Shown here: piece after piece, positions 26,123 through 34,830 of the stretch
Position numbering within the stretch: position 1 is the stretch's first letter
Layout of the letters: the number at the start of each line of letters is the position of its first letter
Origin: a virus
Length of the DNA: 63,129 nucleotides
Reading direction: 5' to 3' (one strand)
Virus genome (UHGV): UHGV-0087599
Translations under genes and position numbers: made by a program
The notes under the pieces: model-generated
Databases searched by the model: none
Told to the model about the DNA's origin: nothing
Seen by the model: the letters and a program-made list of their open reading frames with translations, nothing else

Positions 26123-27079
26123 ATGTCCGAAAACAACGTGAGCTACATGAACAACTGCGTGTATCTGAAGCTGGACATCTCTATCTGGACGGGCAAGGCC
26201 CGCCTCACCCCCGAAGACATCCCGAACGCCGTGGTCGACATGCCGCCCGAGGCGCTGGCTACGCTCGGTTCCAAGCGCATCTTCGACCCCCAGGCGTTGC
26301 GCCCCTTCAACGCTGCGAAGACCAAGGCGTTCCGCACCTGCGACCAGTACGGTGTGCGCTGTATGGGAGGCTGGCTGGTGGACAACGGCGTCCTCAACAA
26401 TCTGACTGCCGAGCTCGACAAGCTGCGCGGAGAGTTCGACCGCAGCGTCGGTACGTTCATCTCCACCTATGAGGATGGGGCATCGAACTGGCTCCAGCAG
26501 TTTCCCGAATGGGAGGGCATCATCCGTGCCGCCTTGCCCGACAGCACGGCCATCGGGAAGAAGTTCGCGTTCAGGTACTACGTCCTCAAGGTGCAGACCG
26601 AGAACTACGATGCCCAGGATGCGACTTCCGAGGCTCCGTCAACGGCTGCCGCCACCATCGCCGCCGAGATTGCCCGCATCAGGGAGCAGGTGTTCAACGA
26701 TGACCGCACGACGCCCGTGACCAGCAAGTCCTTCTGCTGCCTCGACACCCTCGCAGACCGGTGTGACAACATGTCCTTCGTGCATCCCGGCTTTGCCCAT
26801 CTGGCCCATCTGCTCCGCAGCATCGTGGTCAACAGCACCGACGTGAATGTCGTGCGTGCCTTCCTGACCGGGCTTTCCACGCCCGAGGCCGTGGCCGCCG
26901 TGACACAGGAGACCCGCATCTATGACTTCGAGAAGGACAGCCTCGATATGCCTGAGCCTGTGGATAGGCCTGAGCCTGCTGCTCCCGTGGAGACGCCCGA
27001 GCCTGTGGCCCCCGTCGTCACCAGCCAGCCCACCGCTGCCGACGACAGTCTCGCTGCCCTTCTCGCTGACTTCATTTGA
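26123..27079 (+). CDS. hypothetical protein, 318 aa, with C-terminal (P-E-P-V/A) repeats
   Basis: ORF; AGGAGG ribosome-binding site. Confidence 0.5.
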   Translation: MSENNVSYMNNCVYLKLDISIWTGKARLTPEDIPNAVVDMPPEALATLGSKRIFDPQALRPFNAAKTKAFRTCDQYGVRCMGGWLVDNGVLNNLTAELDKLRGEFDRSVGTFISTYEDGASNWLQQFPEWEGIIRAALPDSTAIGKKFAFRYYVLKVQTENYDAQDATSEAPSTAAATIAAEIARIREQVFNDDRTTPVTSKSFCCLDTLADRCDNMSFVHPGFAHLAHLLRSIVVNSTDVNVVRAFLTGLSTPEAVAAVTQETRIYDFEKDSLDMPEPVDRPEPAAPVETPEPVAPVVTSQPTAADDSLAALLADFI

Positions 27080-27189
27080 CATCCTCCCTTCAGGGAGGGC
27101 CAATCCGCACGACCCCTATCCGTCGGCTGCGGAGTCAGTCGGCGGACGGGGGCGACTGTGGATTGAAACATATAGGAGAGGTGACACCT

Positions 27190-29127
27190 ATGTATGATAT
27201 AGTAGATGTTGTGTTACTATGCCGTATGATGTCGGCACAGTACAGAATCAAGATTCAGCCCGGGGTTTTCTCCGTAGCGGACAAGTTCGATGCACAGGCA
27301 TGGTGCCGGAAGGACAAGGACGGCTATGTCCTGAAAGTCCCCTTCTCCCCGCGCATGACTGATGAACAGTGGCGCTACCTGCGCGGTTACATCGACCATG
27401 AATGCGGGCACGTCAAGTTCACGGACTTCCAGACATACATGGACCTGCAAAAGTCTGTTGTGGATGACTGTCTGAGGAACTACAAGCCCGGGGCTTCAGT
27501 CACGCTCAAAGATTTTCTCCATGATTATGCCTCTATGGTTATCAATATTCTTGAAGACGTGCGTATCGAACGTCTCATGGGTATCGACTTCCCCGGCTCA
27601 AGAACGAACCTCAATACGTTGAGCGAGTATCTGTTCAAGGACTGCTGCTCTGTGAGTACGATGATGGGCGATGGTATGACCGGAAGACTCTACAGTCTCC
27701 TGTTCATGCGTGTCAGGTCGCTTATCAATCCGGCGCTGGAAGAGTCTGCACAGCTCTTGTACGATGACATGAAGGCCGATGTTCTGGTCGAAGATTACAC
27801 AGAATACACCCGTCATCTGGACGCTGTGTGGGGCGTCGGTGACATCTTCGTGCAGGATTGGAACGTGGAGCGTTCTGCACGGGAGTTCATCCGTATCGTC
27901 ATCGAAGTCCTCGAAGACTATACGAACACAATCGTCGTCGAAGACCATACGAACATGCTCGTCGTCGAAGACCATACGAACACGACACAGGGTACCGACA
28001 GCAACAGAACATCTTCTGGTGACACCGGCGATTCCTCGGATGGTGACACCGGCGATTCCTCGGATGGTGACACCGGCGATTCCTCGGATGGCGGGACTGC
28101 TTCGGGGAAGAAGTCTGTTACTATCAGTGCCAAGATTGTTTTTTCCTCTATGGCATCTGATTTGTATGACATGCAACGGGATGATAAGGGTAATATCCGT
28201 AGGCGTTTCCTGGATGCTGTGCAGGATATGACGGACTCGCTTGAGAACAACAACCAAGTCTCAGATGAAGACCTGGCGTTCATGGATTCCATGTTCTCTC
28301 ATACAGCGGAGAGACTGGACACGCTGCTCGACAAGCACAAGATGGACGATCTGGCTGACGGCAAGCGTGTGTATATCACCAAGGACATCCATGTACATGC
28401 GCTGAGTCCTGAGCAACGGGGCGACATGGATGTTGTGATGTACAACCTTTACGGCAGGCTTGCCGACGTGTTGCAGACCATGACCTTGGTACGACACAGC
28501 ACCGGCCTGTGCGGCGCTCGCCTGGATGCGCATGTGCTGCATCGGGCATCCGTCGGGGACGGCAGGATTTTTTCCAAAAAAGTGCAGCGGTTGCGGCGTG
28601 TCACGGAGGTAGCGCTGCTGTTCGACGCCAGCGGAAGCATGTGTATGACTGAATACGGCAAGAGCAACAACAATGAAATGGCGCAGTGCATGGCTCTCGG
28701 TTGTCTCAAGGCACTGCGGGCTCTGCCGGGGGTCAAGTCTTCTCTGAGTGGGTTCTCCAACGGAAAAATGTTCGTCATGTCTGACTATGGCGCCCCCGTA
28801 CATGAAGTCATCTTGTCTGCCGTCGGCGGTACGCCGCTCGGGGCATCGCTTGTCGAACTCACATCGCAGTTCTCCGACGGTCCTGACGTGCGTCGTATCA
28901 TCCTGTTCTTTACCGACGGGTTCCCGGACAATGTCGGGTCTGTGACCATGGCTCTCAATCTGGCGAAGCGTTCCGGCATCGAGGTCTACGGCATCGGGCT
29001 GCAGACGAAGGCTATCCATACCTTCATGGACAGCGACCATAGCATTATCGTCAACAGTATCCACGAATTGGCGGACGGCATGTGTGACATGCTCCGCAAG
29101 GGAATGGTGCGGGCATATGAAGTATAA
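27190..29127 (+). CDS. VWA-domain protein (CobT-like partner of the MoxR/CobS ATPase), 645 aa, with internal tandem repeats
   Basis: C-terminal VWA/MIDAS region (LLFDASGSM...GTPLG...ILFFTDG); start moved to MYDIVDV. In-frame repeats VVEDHTN x3 (27898..27990) and SSDGDTGD x3 (24-nt unit at 28018..28090). Confidence 0.7.
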   Translation: MYDIVDVVLLCRMMSAQYRIKIQPGVFSVADKFDAQAWCRKDKDGYVLKVPFSPRMTDEQWRYLRGYIDHECGHVKFTDFQTYMDLQKSVVDDCLRNYKPGASVTLKDFLHDYASMVINILEDVRIERLMGIDFPGSRTNLNTLSEYLFKDCCSVSTMMGDGMTGRLYSLLFMRVRSLINPALEESAQLLYDDMKADVLVEDYTEYTRHLDAVWGVGDIFVQDWNVERSAREFIRIVIEVLEDYTNTIVVEDHTNMLVVEDHTNTTQGTDSNRTSSGDTGDSSDGDTGDSSDGDTGDSSDGGTASGKKSVTISAKIVFSSMASDLYDMQRDDKGNIRRRFLDAVQDMTDSLENNNQVSDEDLAFMDSMFSHTAERLDTLLDKHKMDDLADGKRVYITKDIHVHALSPEQRGDMDVVMYNLYGRLADVLQTMTLVRHSTGLCGARLDAHVLHRASVGDGRIFSKKVQRLRRVTEVALLFDASGSMCMTEYGKSNNNEMAQCMALGCLKALRALPGVKSSLSGFSNGKMFVMSDYGAPVHEVILSAVGGTPLGASLVELTSQFSDGPDVRRIILFFTDGFPDNVGSVTMALNLAKRSGIEVYGIGLQTKAIHTFMDSDHSIIVNSIHELADGMCDMLRKGMVRAYEV

Positions 29128-29326
29128 CACCAACAAGGATGTGAACCGCTTCATCAAGGACATGTTCGGTCGTGGGTGGAGACTGGTCAGTCACAACAAA
29201 CACATCAAGTTGCAGCATGACAACGGTTCCATCATCAACATGGCTACCAGCAGCAAGGAAGGGAAGCTGTCGAGGAAGCTGAAGAACTTCAAAGCCACGG
29301 TGCGGAAGCTGGAGGAAAGATGTTGA
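29117..29326 (+). CDS. HicA-like small protein (possible mRNA-interferase toxin fold), 69 aa
   Basis: MKYNTNKDVNRFIKDMFGRGWRLVSHNKHIKLQHDNGSIINMA...KLSRKLKNF aligns by eye with E. coli HicA (FRRWLESQG...GSNHLKLRFHG...LRKAILKQ). Translationally coupled to the upstream and downstream genes. Confidence 0.3.
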   Translation: MKYNTNKDVNRFIKDMFGRGWRLVSHNKHIKLQHDNGSIINMATSSKEGKLSRKLKNFKATVRKLEERC

Positions 29327-29535
29327 AGCAACGTTTCTGGAAACTGTTCCGGCAACATAACGATGACTTCGTCATGGAGCGCCGTGAAATAGCGGCACGC
29401 TGGATGACTCGTGCCCGGATGGCTATGGACGATGTGTCGGATGATGAAGGTGAAGTCCTGGATGCGGTCCTCACTGTCATGTGGAGCGGGCTTGACAGCA
29501 CCTATAAAATGTTAGACAACGAGACAAATCCATAA
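29320..29535 (+). CDS. small acidic protein, 71 aa, downstream partner of the HicA-like gene
   Basis: ORF overlapping the upstream stop (ATGTTGA). Confidence 0.3.
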   Translation: MLKQRFWKLFRQHNDDFVMERREIAARWMTRARMAMDDVSDDEGEVLDAVLTVMWSGLDSTYKMLDNETNP

Positions 29536-29547
29536 GGAGGGTATAGA

Positions 29548-30090
29548 ATGAGTATCCAAGAAGACGTACAGAACATGCCTCCCATCGAGGTCATTCTCAA
29601 AATCATCCTTCCCAAGATGAACAACCGCATCAAGGCGCTGAACGCCGCTGTCCAGGCGCTCCAGGAAGAAGTCGAAGCGCTGAAGGCTGCGGCTCCGAAG
29701 AAGCGTGCGCCGCGCAAGAAGAAGGCCGACGACGAAGCTCCGGCTCCCGCTGCCCAGCCTGCTCCGGCTCCCGTGCCTCAGCCTGCTGACCCGGCTCCCG
29801 CTGCCCAGCCTGCGGCCCAGTCTACGGGTACTCTGCTGTGTACCTACGACAGCGAGCAGGATGAGTTCGTGCCGTTGAATATCGAGGGGTGGCCGCTCAC
29901 AGGTAACAACGTCGGCCTTGCCCTGTACTCCATGCACACGCTGTATAACGACATCACGGCGGCTGCGGCCATGTCCAAGCTGCCCGAGGGATTCATCAAG
30001 TTCGTCACCGATATGACGCCGGAGCAGCGTAAGCAGGTCAACGGCAAGTTCCCTGCGCAGAATCCCGCCTATCAGGAATACTTCGTCTAA
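29548..30090 (+). CDS. hypothetical protein, 180 aa; coiled-coil N-terminus and P/A/Q-rich linker
   Basis: AGGAGG ribosome-binding site; linker APAPAAQPAPAPVPQPADPAPAAQPAAQ. Confidence 0.5.
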   Translation: MSIQEDVQNMPPIEVILKIILPKMNNRIKALNAAVQALQEEVEALKAAAPKKRAPRKKKADDEAPAPAAQPAPAPVPQPADPAPAAQPAAQSTGTLLCTYDSEQDEFVPLNIEGWPLTGNNVGLALYSMHTLYNDITAAAAMSKLPEGFIKFVTDMTPEQRKQVNGKFPAQNPAYQEYFV

Positions 30091-30137
30091 CATGTACACG
30101 AGGGAGGGGCGACAGCCCCTCCCGTTGGAGATGCATC

Positions 30138-33100
30138 ATGCCTGAAAGCACGCTTGTCGTCATAGACTTCGAGACCTATTGGGACAGCAAAACGTACACG
30201 CTGTCGAAGATGGGTCCCATCGAGTATGTCCGTAACGAAAAATTCACTCCGCAGCTTTGCGCCTTTACCCTGTCCAACGGCTCGTGTTGCGTGGACTGTT
30301 CCGTCGTTGAACATGAGCGTCTGAGAACGACGTTTGAAAATCTGGATACGCATGACGTTGCCTGGTGCGGGCATAACATGCACGGCTTCGACAGTCTCAT
30401 CCTGTCGGAGTTCTTCGACTTCCATCCCCAGAAAATCTACGACACCATCGCCATGATGCGATGGACAGGCTTGTCTCGTGTGTGTCGTGAGAGCCATGCC
30501 GCCCTCACCGAGTTCCTCGGCAACGGCAACAAGGCTGCCGGTACCGTCGTCAGTGACCACAAGCAATGGCCGGACGACTTCACGCCGGAAGAGCGGGCGT
30601 TCTTCATCCAATACTGCAAAGACGACGCCGCGCAATGCTACCAAAACGCACAGGCCATGCTGCCTTACATGACACCTGATGCCCTGCGCTTCATGTCCAT
30701 CACGGCCCGCATGGCCACAGAACCTTCGTTCGTGCTGGATGAAGACCTGCTGCTGGAATACCTGTCCGACCTCGACGCCGCTGCGGACAAGGCGCGGCAA
30801 GAACTCATGGCCATGTTCTCATTCCAAACCAACGCAGACATGCTGGCTGCGCTGCGTTCGGCTGACAAGTTCGCCGATATGCTGCGCTCCCTGGGTGTCG
30901 AACCTCCGCTCAAAGAGAGTGCGGCGAAGACCAAGACCAAGAGGGAAAAGCTCCAGCTCGCTGCCGATGTCGGGAGACCAGGAGCTGCTGAAGAGCTGGA
31001 GAACATGCAGCCTGTGATGACCTATGCCTTCAGCAAGACCGACGTGGACTTCGTCCTCATGCAAGACCATCCCGACCCTCGTGTCGCGCTGCTCGTGCGC
31101 ACCAGGTTGCAGCTCAACAGCAGCATCGACCGCAGCAGGGCTGAGACCTTGCTCAAGTTTGCCCGGATGCATAAGCCCCTGCCTATCATGCTCGGAGCGT
31201 GGCTGGCGCATACGGGACGGTATTCCGCCGGTGCTTCCGCCGACGCCGGGACGAAGACCGACAAGCTCCAGTTCCAGAACCTGAGCAAGCGGGACCCTTC
31301 CAAGCGCAAGCTCCGGCAAGCCATCAAGGTCCCGAAGGGCAAGGTCGTCGTGGCCTGCGACTCTTCCCAGATTGAAGCGCGTGGGCTGGCCTTCGTGGCC
31401 AACGAGGTCGGGCTGCTCACGCAGTTCCGCGAAGGTCGTGACCCGTATTCGGAACTGGCCGAGACCATCTTCGGTGTGCCGTGGCAAGACATCAAGGCCG
31501 GGGCCAAGGCGGGCGACAAGCAGATGAAAATGTACCGTAACACCGGGAAGACTGGTATCCTGTCGTGTCTTGCGGGCACGGTGGAGGTATTAACAAATAC
31601 GGGGTGGAAACGTATTGATACGGTATCTGTTAATGATAAAGTTTGGGATGGCGTATCATGGGTGAAACACGAAGGACTTATCTGCAATGGCTGGAGGAAT
31701 ACCATCAACGTGGCTGGGATAGACATGACTCCAGACCACTTAGTGTTCGACGGTTCCTCTTGGAGAATGGCTGCCGAATTACTGGGCGAACCCCGTTATT
31801 TGAAATCGGCGACCGAGTGGGCGAGCGCGTCATACGAGACTGTGCTGTTGACACATCAGAAGGACATCGCACCATATGGGTTCTCGCCGCGTGTATTAAC
31901 TGCGGCACCGAACGATGGTATAGAGGCTATACCTTGGCTAATGGAAAGGTTAGCAAGTTGTGCACGCACTGCTCGCCACGAGACCTTGAGCATCTTACAA
32001 GTTTTAAGAGGCGTACTAAAGACCCTGAAGTCGGTGCCGTCTTTGGCGAACTCACAGTTCTTGACAACGACCGTCACGAATACGTTGATACCAATGGCAG
32101 AAAACGTACAGAGTACCGTTCATTGGTGCAGTGCTCTTGCGGGGCAGAACCCCATTGGGTATTGCAAAGTAATCTGCGTAGCGGACGGACCACAAGATGT
32201 GATGCTTGTGCAAAGAAGAAAGCAAGAGCAGCACAAGACAAAAAGTATTGGCACTATGCAGATGTGGTGCCGGATACTGCAACACGTCGGCGATTACTTG
32301 CGCGTATTTCCGCATGTATCACACGATGCAGTCCGACACAGAATAAGTGTAAAGCCTGGAAACATTATGGAGGCCGGGGTATCCGAGTCGAATTTCCAGA
32401 CCGTAGAACCTTTCTCGAGTATCTTATCACGCTGCCGGGATATGATGACCCGTCTTTGGAGCTGGATAGGATTGATTGTGACGGGAACTACGCGCCAGGT
32501 AATCTCCGTTTTGTTACGCAGGCGACGAATATACATAACCGAAGACAGGTTGGGGACTTGCAGCAGAAGCTCGACCATATCAGAAAAAATAAAGCCTTGC
32601 TTGCATGGTGTATCGGTGCCGTCCAATACCAATTGCATACAAAAGGTGTACGACCTGAAGAACTGTGGCCCGAACAACCGTTTCCTGATACGTCAGGGGG
32701 GGACGGTACTGATGGTGCATAATTGTGGATACGGTGTAGGCCACACAAAATACAGCAACACGCTGCTGCGGCAGGGAATCCACCTGCATGAAGACCTCGA
32801 CCGTCACCATGAGCTGGCCCGTTATGCCCACGGCATCTACAGGGCAGCACATCCCAACATCGTCGCCTTCTGGAAGACGGCGGAGAATGTTCTGGAGGCC
32901 ATGCTGCGTGGCGAATCCGGTACCTTCGGCGGCCCCAACAATGACATCTACACCTTCGGCATCATGCCGGTGGGCCCCAGGACTGACCTGTGTGTGCCGT
33001 CTGTCCAGTTCCCGAGCGGCTACATCCTGCGCTACCCAGGCCTGCGTGCCGAGCGTAACGACCGGGGAAAGTGGCAGTTCCTCTATGATACTTACAAGGG

Positions 33101-33386
33101 TGCTTCCAAAATTCCTACCCATATTTATGGGGGGGCGTTTACAAATAATCTCGTTCAGGGTCTTTCCTTCGTTGACGTTATTATGTATCAAGGTTGTCGG
33201 ATGGATGAGGCCGGAATCAAGCTGGCCTGCAACATCCACGACGCCTGGGCATCTGTCGTGCCGGAAGAGCAGGGCGAGTATGTGAAGCAGCAGATGCTCC
33301 ACTACATGTCCATAGTCCCGCCTGCTCTCAATGGTTTGCCTGTGGCGTGTGAAGCGGAGATAGGGACGACCTTCGAAATCGTCTAG
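30138..33386 (+). CDS. family-A DNA polymerase with N-terminal 3'-5' exonuclease, interrupted in motif B by a 386-aa intein
   Basis: Exo I VIDFETYWD; motif A ACDSSQIEARG; motif B split as RNTGKTGILS / CGYGVG; motif C NIHDAW. Frame stays open for 1082 aa; extein total 696 aa. Confidence 0.9.
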   Translation: MPESTLVVIDFETYWDSKTYTLSKMGPIEYVRNEKFTPQLCAFTLSNGSCCVDCSVVEHERLRTTFENLDTHDVAWCGHNMHGFDSLILSEFFDFHPQKIYDTIAMMRWTGLSRVCRESHAALTEFLGNGNKAAGTVVSDHKQWPDDFTPEERAFFIQYCKDDAAQCYQNAQAMLPYMTPDALRFMSITARMATEPSFVLDEDLLLEYLSDLDAAADKARQELMAMFSFQTNADMLAALRSADKFADMLRSLGVEPPLKESAAKTKTKREKLQLAADVGRPGAAEELENMQPVMTYAFSKTDVDFVLMQDHPDPRVALLVRTRLQLNSSIDRSRAETLLKFARMHKPLPIMLGAWLAHTGRYSAGASADAGTKTDKLQFQNLSKRDPSKRKLRQAIKVPKGKVVVACDSSQIEARGLAFVANEVGLLTQFREGRDPYSELAETIFGVPWQDIKAGAKAGDKQMKMYRNTGKTGILSCLAGTVEVLTNTGWKRIDTVSVNDKVWDGVSWVKHEGLICNGWRNTINVAGIDMTPDHLVFDGSSWRMAAELLGEPRYLKSATEWASASYETVLLTHQKDIAPYGFSPRVLTAAPNDGIEAIPWLMERLASCARTARHETLSILQVLRGVLKTLKSVPSLANSQFLTTTVTNTLIPMAENVQSTVHWCSALAGQNPIGYCKVICVADGPQDVMLVQRRKQEQHKTKSIGTMQMWCRILQHVGDYLRVFPHVSHDAVRHRISVKPGNIMEAGVSESNFQTVEPFSSILSRCRDMMTRLWSWIGLIVTGTTRQVISVLLRRRRIYITEDRLGTCSRSSTISEKIKPCLHGVSVPSNTNCIQKVYDLKNCGPNNRFLIRQGGTVLMVHNCGYGVGHTKYSNTLLRQGIHLHEDLDRHHELARYAHGIYRAAHPNIVAFWKTAENVLEAMLRGESGTFGGPNNDIYTFGIMPVGPRTDLCVPSVQFPSGYILRYPGLRAERNDRGKWQFLYDTYKGASKIPTHIYGGAFTNNLVQGLSFVDVIMYQGCRMDEAGIKLACNIHDAWASVVPEEQGEYVKQQMLHYMSIVPPALNGLPVACEAEIGTTFEIV
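31566..32723 (+). mobile_element. intein inside polA motif B, with low-GC composition
   Basis: Starts CLAGTVEVLTNTGWKRIDTV (block A) and has TPDHLVF (block B). Ends KVYDLKNCGPNNRFLIRQGGTVLMVHN followed by Cys+1. GC about 45% versus about 60% in flanks. Confidence 0.8.
31643..32722 (+). CDS. alternative-frame (+2) ORF inside the intein encoding an HNH homing-endonuclease domain with zinc knuckles
   Basis: WKHYGGRGIRVEF...LELDRIDCDGNYAPGNLRFVTQATNIHN (HNH_3-like) plus CINCG/CTHCS/CSCG/CDAC. Its TAA stop lies inside the intein's terminal CAT-AAT codons. Whether it is translated on its own (ATG at 31643) or is a frameshifted endonuclease domain is unresolved. Confidence 0.5.
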   Translation: MGWRIMGETRRTYLQWLEEYHQRGWDRHDSRPLSVRRFLLENGCRITGRTPLFEIGDRVGERVIRDCAVDTSEGHRTIWVLAACINCGTERWYRGYTLANGKVSKLCTHCSPRDLEHLTSFKRRTKDPEVGAVFGELTVLDNDRHEYVDTNGRKRTEYRSLVQCSCGAEPHWVLQSNLRSGRTTRCDACAKKKARAAQDKKYWHYADVVPDTATRRRLLARISACITRCSPTQNKCKAWKHYGGRGIRVEFPDRRTFLEYLITLPGYDDPSLELDRIDCDGNYAPGNLRFVTQATNIHNRRQVGDLQQKLDHIRKNKALLAWCIGAVQYQLHTKGVRPEELWPEQPFPDTSGGDGTDGA

Positions 33387-33397
33387 GAGGACAGCAC

Positions 33398-34084
33398 ATG
33401 CCTTTCGTTTACTCCCCGAGCAACATGCAGACCTTCAGGGATTGCCCGTTGCGTTTCTGGGGGCAGTCCATAAGCAAGGAAATCAAATGGAAAGCCAGCG
33501 GTTCCAAGTCCCGTGGGCAGACCATCCATACCGCCATCCAGCGCAGGCTCCATTACGGCTGGAGTGATGATGTTTCCTGGGACGCTACCATCGACGTGGA
33601 CTTCGTTCGTGATTGCGTCGGGGAAGTTCGTCGGCTCATGTCTCAGGGCGCTTCCTTGTACACCGAACACGAACTTGTCCTGAACGCGAACGGCGGTAAG
33701 ACTGGCTGGTGGGATGACGATGCGCGTATCAGGGCCCGGGCGGATGCCTTGGTCCTCCCTGTCGATGCAGCGGAACCCGCCTTGCTTATCGACATCAAGA
33801 CTGGGAAGAAGTGGGACATCGACGACTTCCAGCTCAGGGTCGAATGCTTGCTCACGCACATCTTGTATCAGCGTGCTGTGGTTCGATACGCCTATTGGTA
33901 TGTGGACAGCGGCGAAGAAGTCGATGGCATCATCGACTTCCGCAACGGCCTGGCCCCGGTACAGGATGTCTTGGAGCTGCTCGGAACCATGGAGAAGGCT
34001 CTCAAGAACAATCATTTCCCTCCCACGTCCAACAAGTTCTGTCGCTGGTGCGACTTCAACAACACACCCAAATGCATGAGGTAA
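33398..34084 (+). CDS. PD-(D/E)xK nuclease, Cas4/RecB-like, with Cys cluster (probable Fe-S)
   Basis: LIDIKTGKK core motif; YQ motif; N-terminal Cys (DCPLRFW) plus C-terminal CRWCDFNNTPKC. Confidence 0.7.
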   Translation: MPFVYSPSNMQTFRDCPLRFWGQSISKEIKWKASGSKSRGQTIHTAIQRRLHYGWSDDVSWDATIDVDFVRDCVGEVRRLMSQGASLYTEHELVLNANGGKTGWWDDDARIRARADALVLPVDAAEPALLIDIKTGKKWDIDDFQLRVECLLTHILYQRAVVRYAYWYVDSGEEVDGIIDFRNGLAPVQDVLELLGTMEKALKNNHFPPTSNKFCRWCDFNNTPKCMR

Positions 34085-34087
34085 CCT

Positions 34088-34546
34088 ATGGGACGCGAAA
34101 AGTTCAAGCCGCGCACTCGGGTACATGAAAGCTGGAACATGAATAACAGCGGTGATGTGTACAACGCCATATGTCGCATGGCGCAGACCGGCGGTAATCC
34201 AGCGTTGGTCGGCAAGCATATCGGGCTGAACTTCCCCGGACAGATGGAATGCATGCTGTTTTTGGAACGGGGCGGCAGACCTGTGACGTTCAACATCACA
34301 CCTGTGATGGATGAAACCCGGTACATCATCGACGCTTTCGGCTATGATATGCGTTGCCCTGATGTCGTGCTCACCGCGTCTGACCGTTACGGGTATGTCA
34401 CGGCCTACACCATCTATGCCCATGCTGACTACGACATCGTCTGGTCCATTACGTTCAACATCGACGACTTGGTCGCCGTACAGTTCAAAGTCTTTGAATA
34501 CAACAAGAAGGATTCCCGCCCCTGGTACAAGAGGCTGTTCTCGTGA
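34088..34546 (+). CDS. hypothetical protein, 152 aa
   Basis: ORF. Confidence 0.45.
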   Translation: MGREKFKPRTRVHESWNMNNSGDVYNAICRMAQTGGNPALVGKHIGLNFPGQMECMLFLERGGRPVTFNITPVMDETRYIIDAFGYDMRCPDVVLTASDRYGYVTAYTIYAHADYDIVWSITFNIDDLVAVQFKVFEYNKKDSRPWYKRLFS

Positions 34547-34830
34547 CACCTGAAGGCAAGGTGAAAGCGAGGGTCAAAAGCATCCTCAACAGCTTGGGGG
34601 CATGGTACGCCATGCCCCTGGGCACGGCTTTTGGAAAGCGTGGCGTCCCAGATTTTCTTGTCTGTCACAAAGGGAAGTTCTTTTCCATCGAGACGAAAGC
34701 AGGCAGGGGCAAGACCACGGCGTTGCAGGAGTATGAGATGGCGCGTATCCGGGATGCCGGAGGTGTCACGCTCATCATCAACGAAAAGAATATGGAAGAC
34801 CTTCCGAGGCTCATGGAGGAATTACTATGA
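34543..34830 (+). CDS. VRR-NUC domain nuclease, 95 aa
   Basis: GVPDFLVCHKGKFFSIETK matches the VRR-NUC PD-(D/E)xK signature. Confidence 0.6.
   Translation: MTPEGKVKARVKSILNSLGAWYAMPLGTAFGKRGVPDFLVCHKGKFFSIETKAGRGKTTALQEYEMARIRDAGGVTLIINEKNMEDLPRLMEELL

Noticed and set aside
30138-31565. Separate exonuclease gene upstream of the polymerase
   Set aside because: Exo I/II/III motifs are in the same continuous ORF as polymerase motifs A-C, so this is a single fused family-A polymerase.
31800-32640. Frame-0 (polymerase-frame) translation of the intein middle as a genuine endonuclease or linker domain
   Set aside because: That frame gives no HNH, LAGLIDADG or GIY-YIG motif and a Ser/Arg/Leu-rich composition. 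The convincing HNH and zinc-knuckle motifs are in frame +2.
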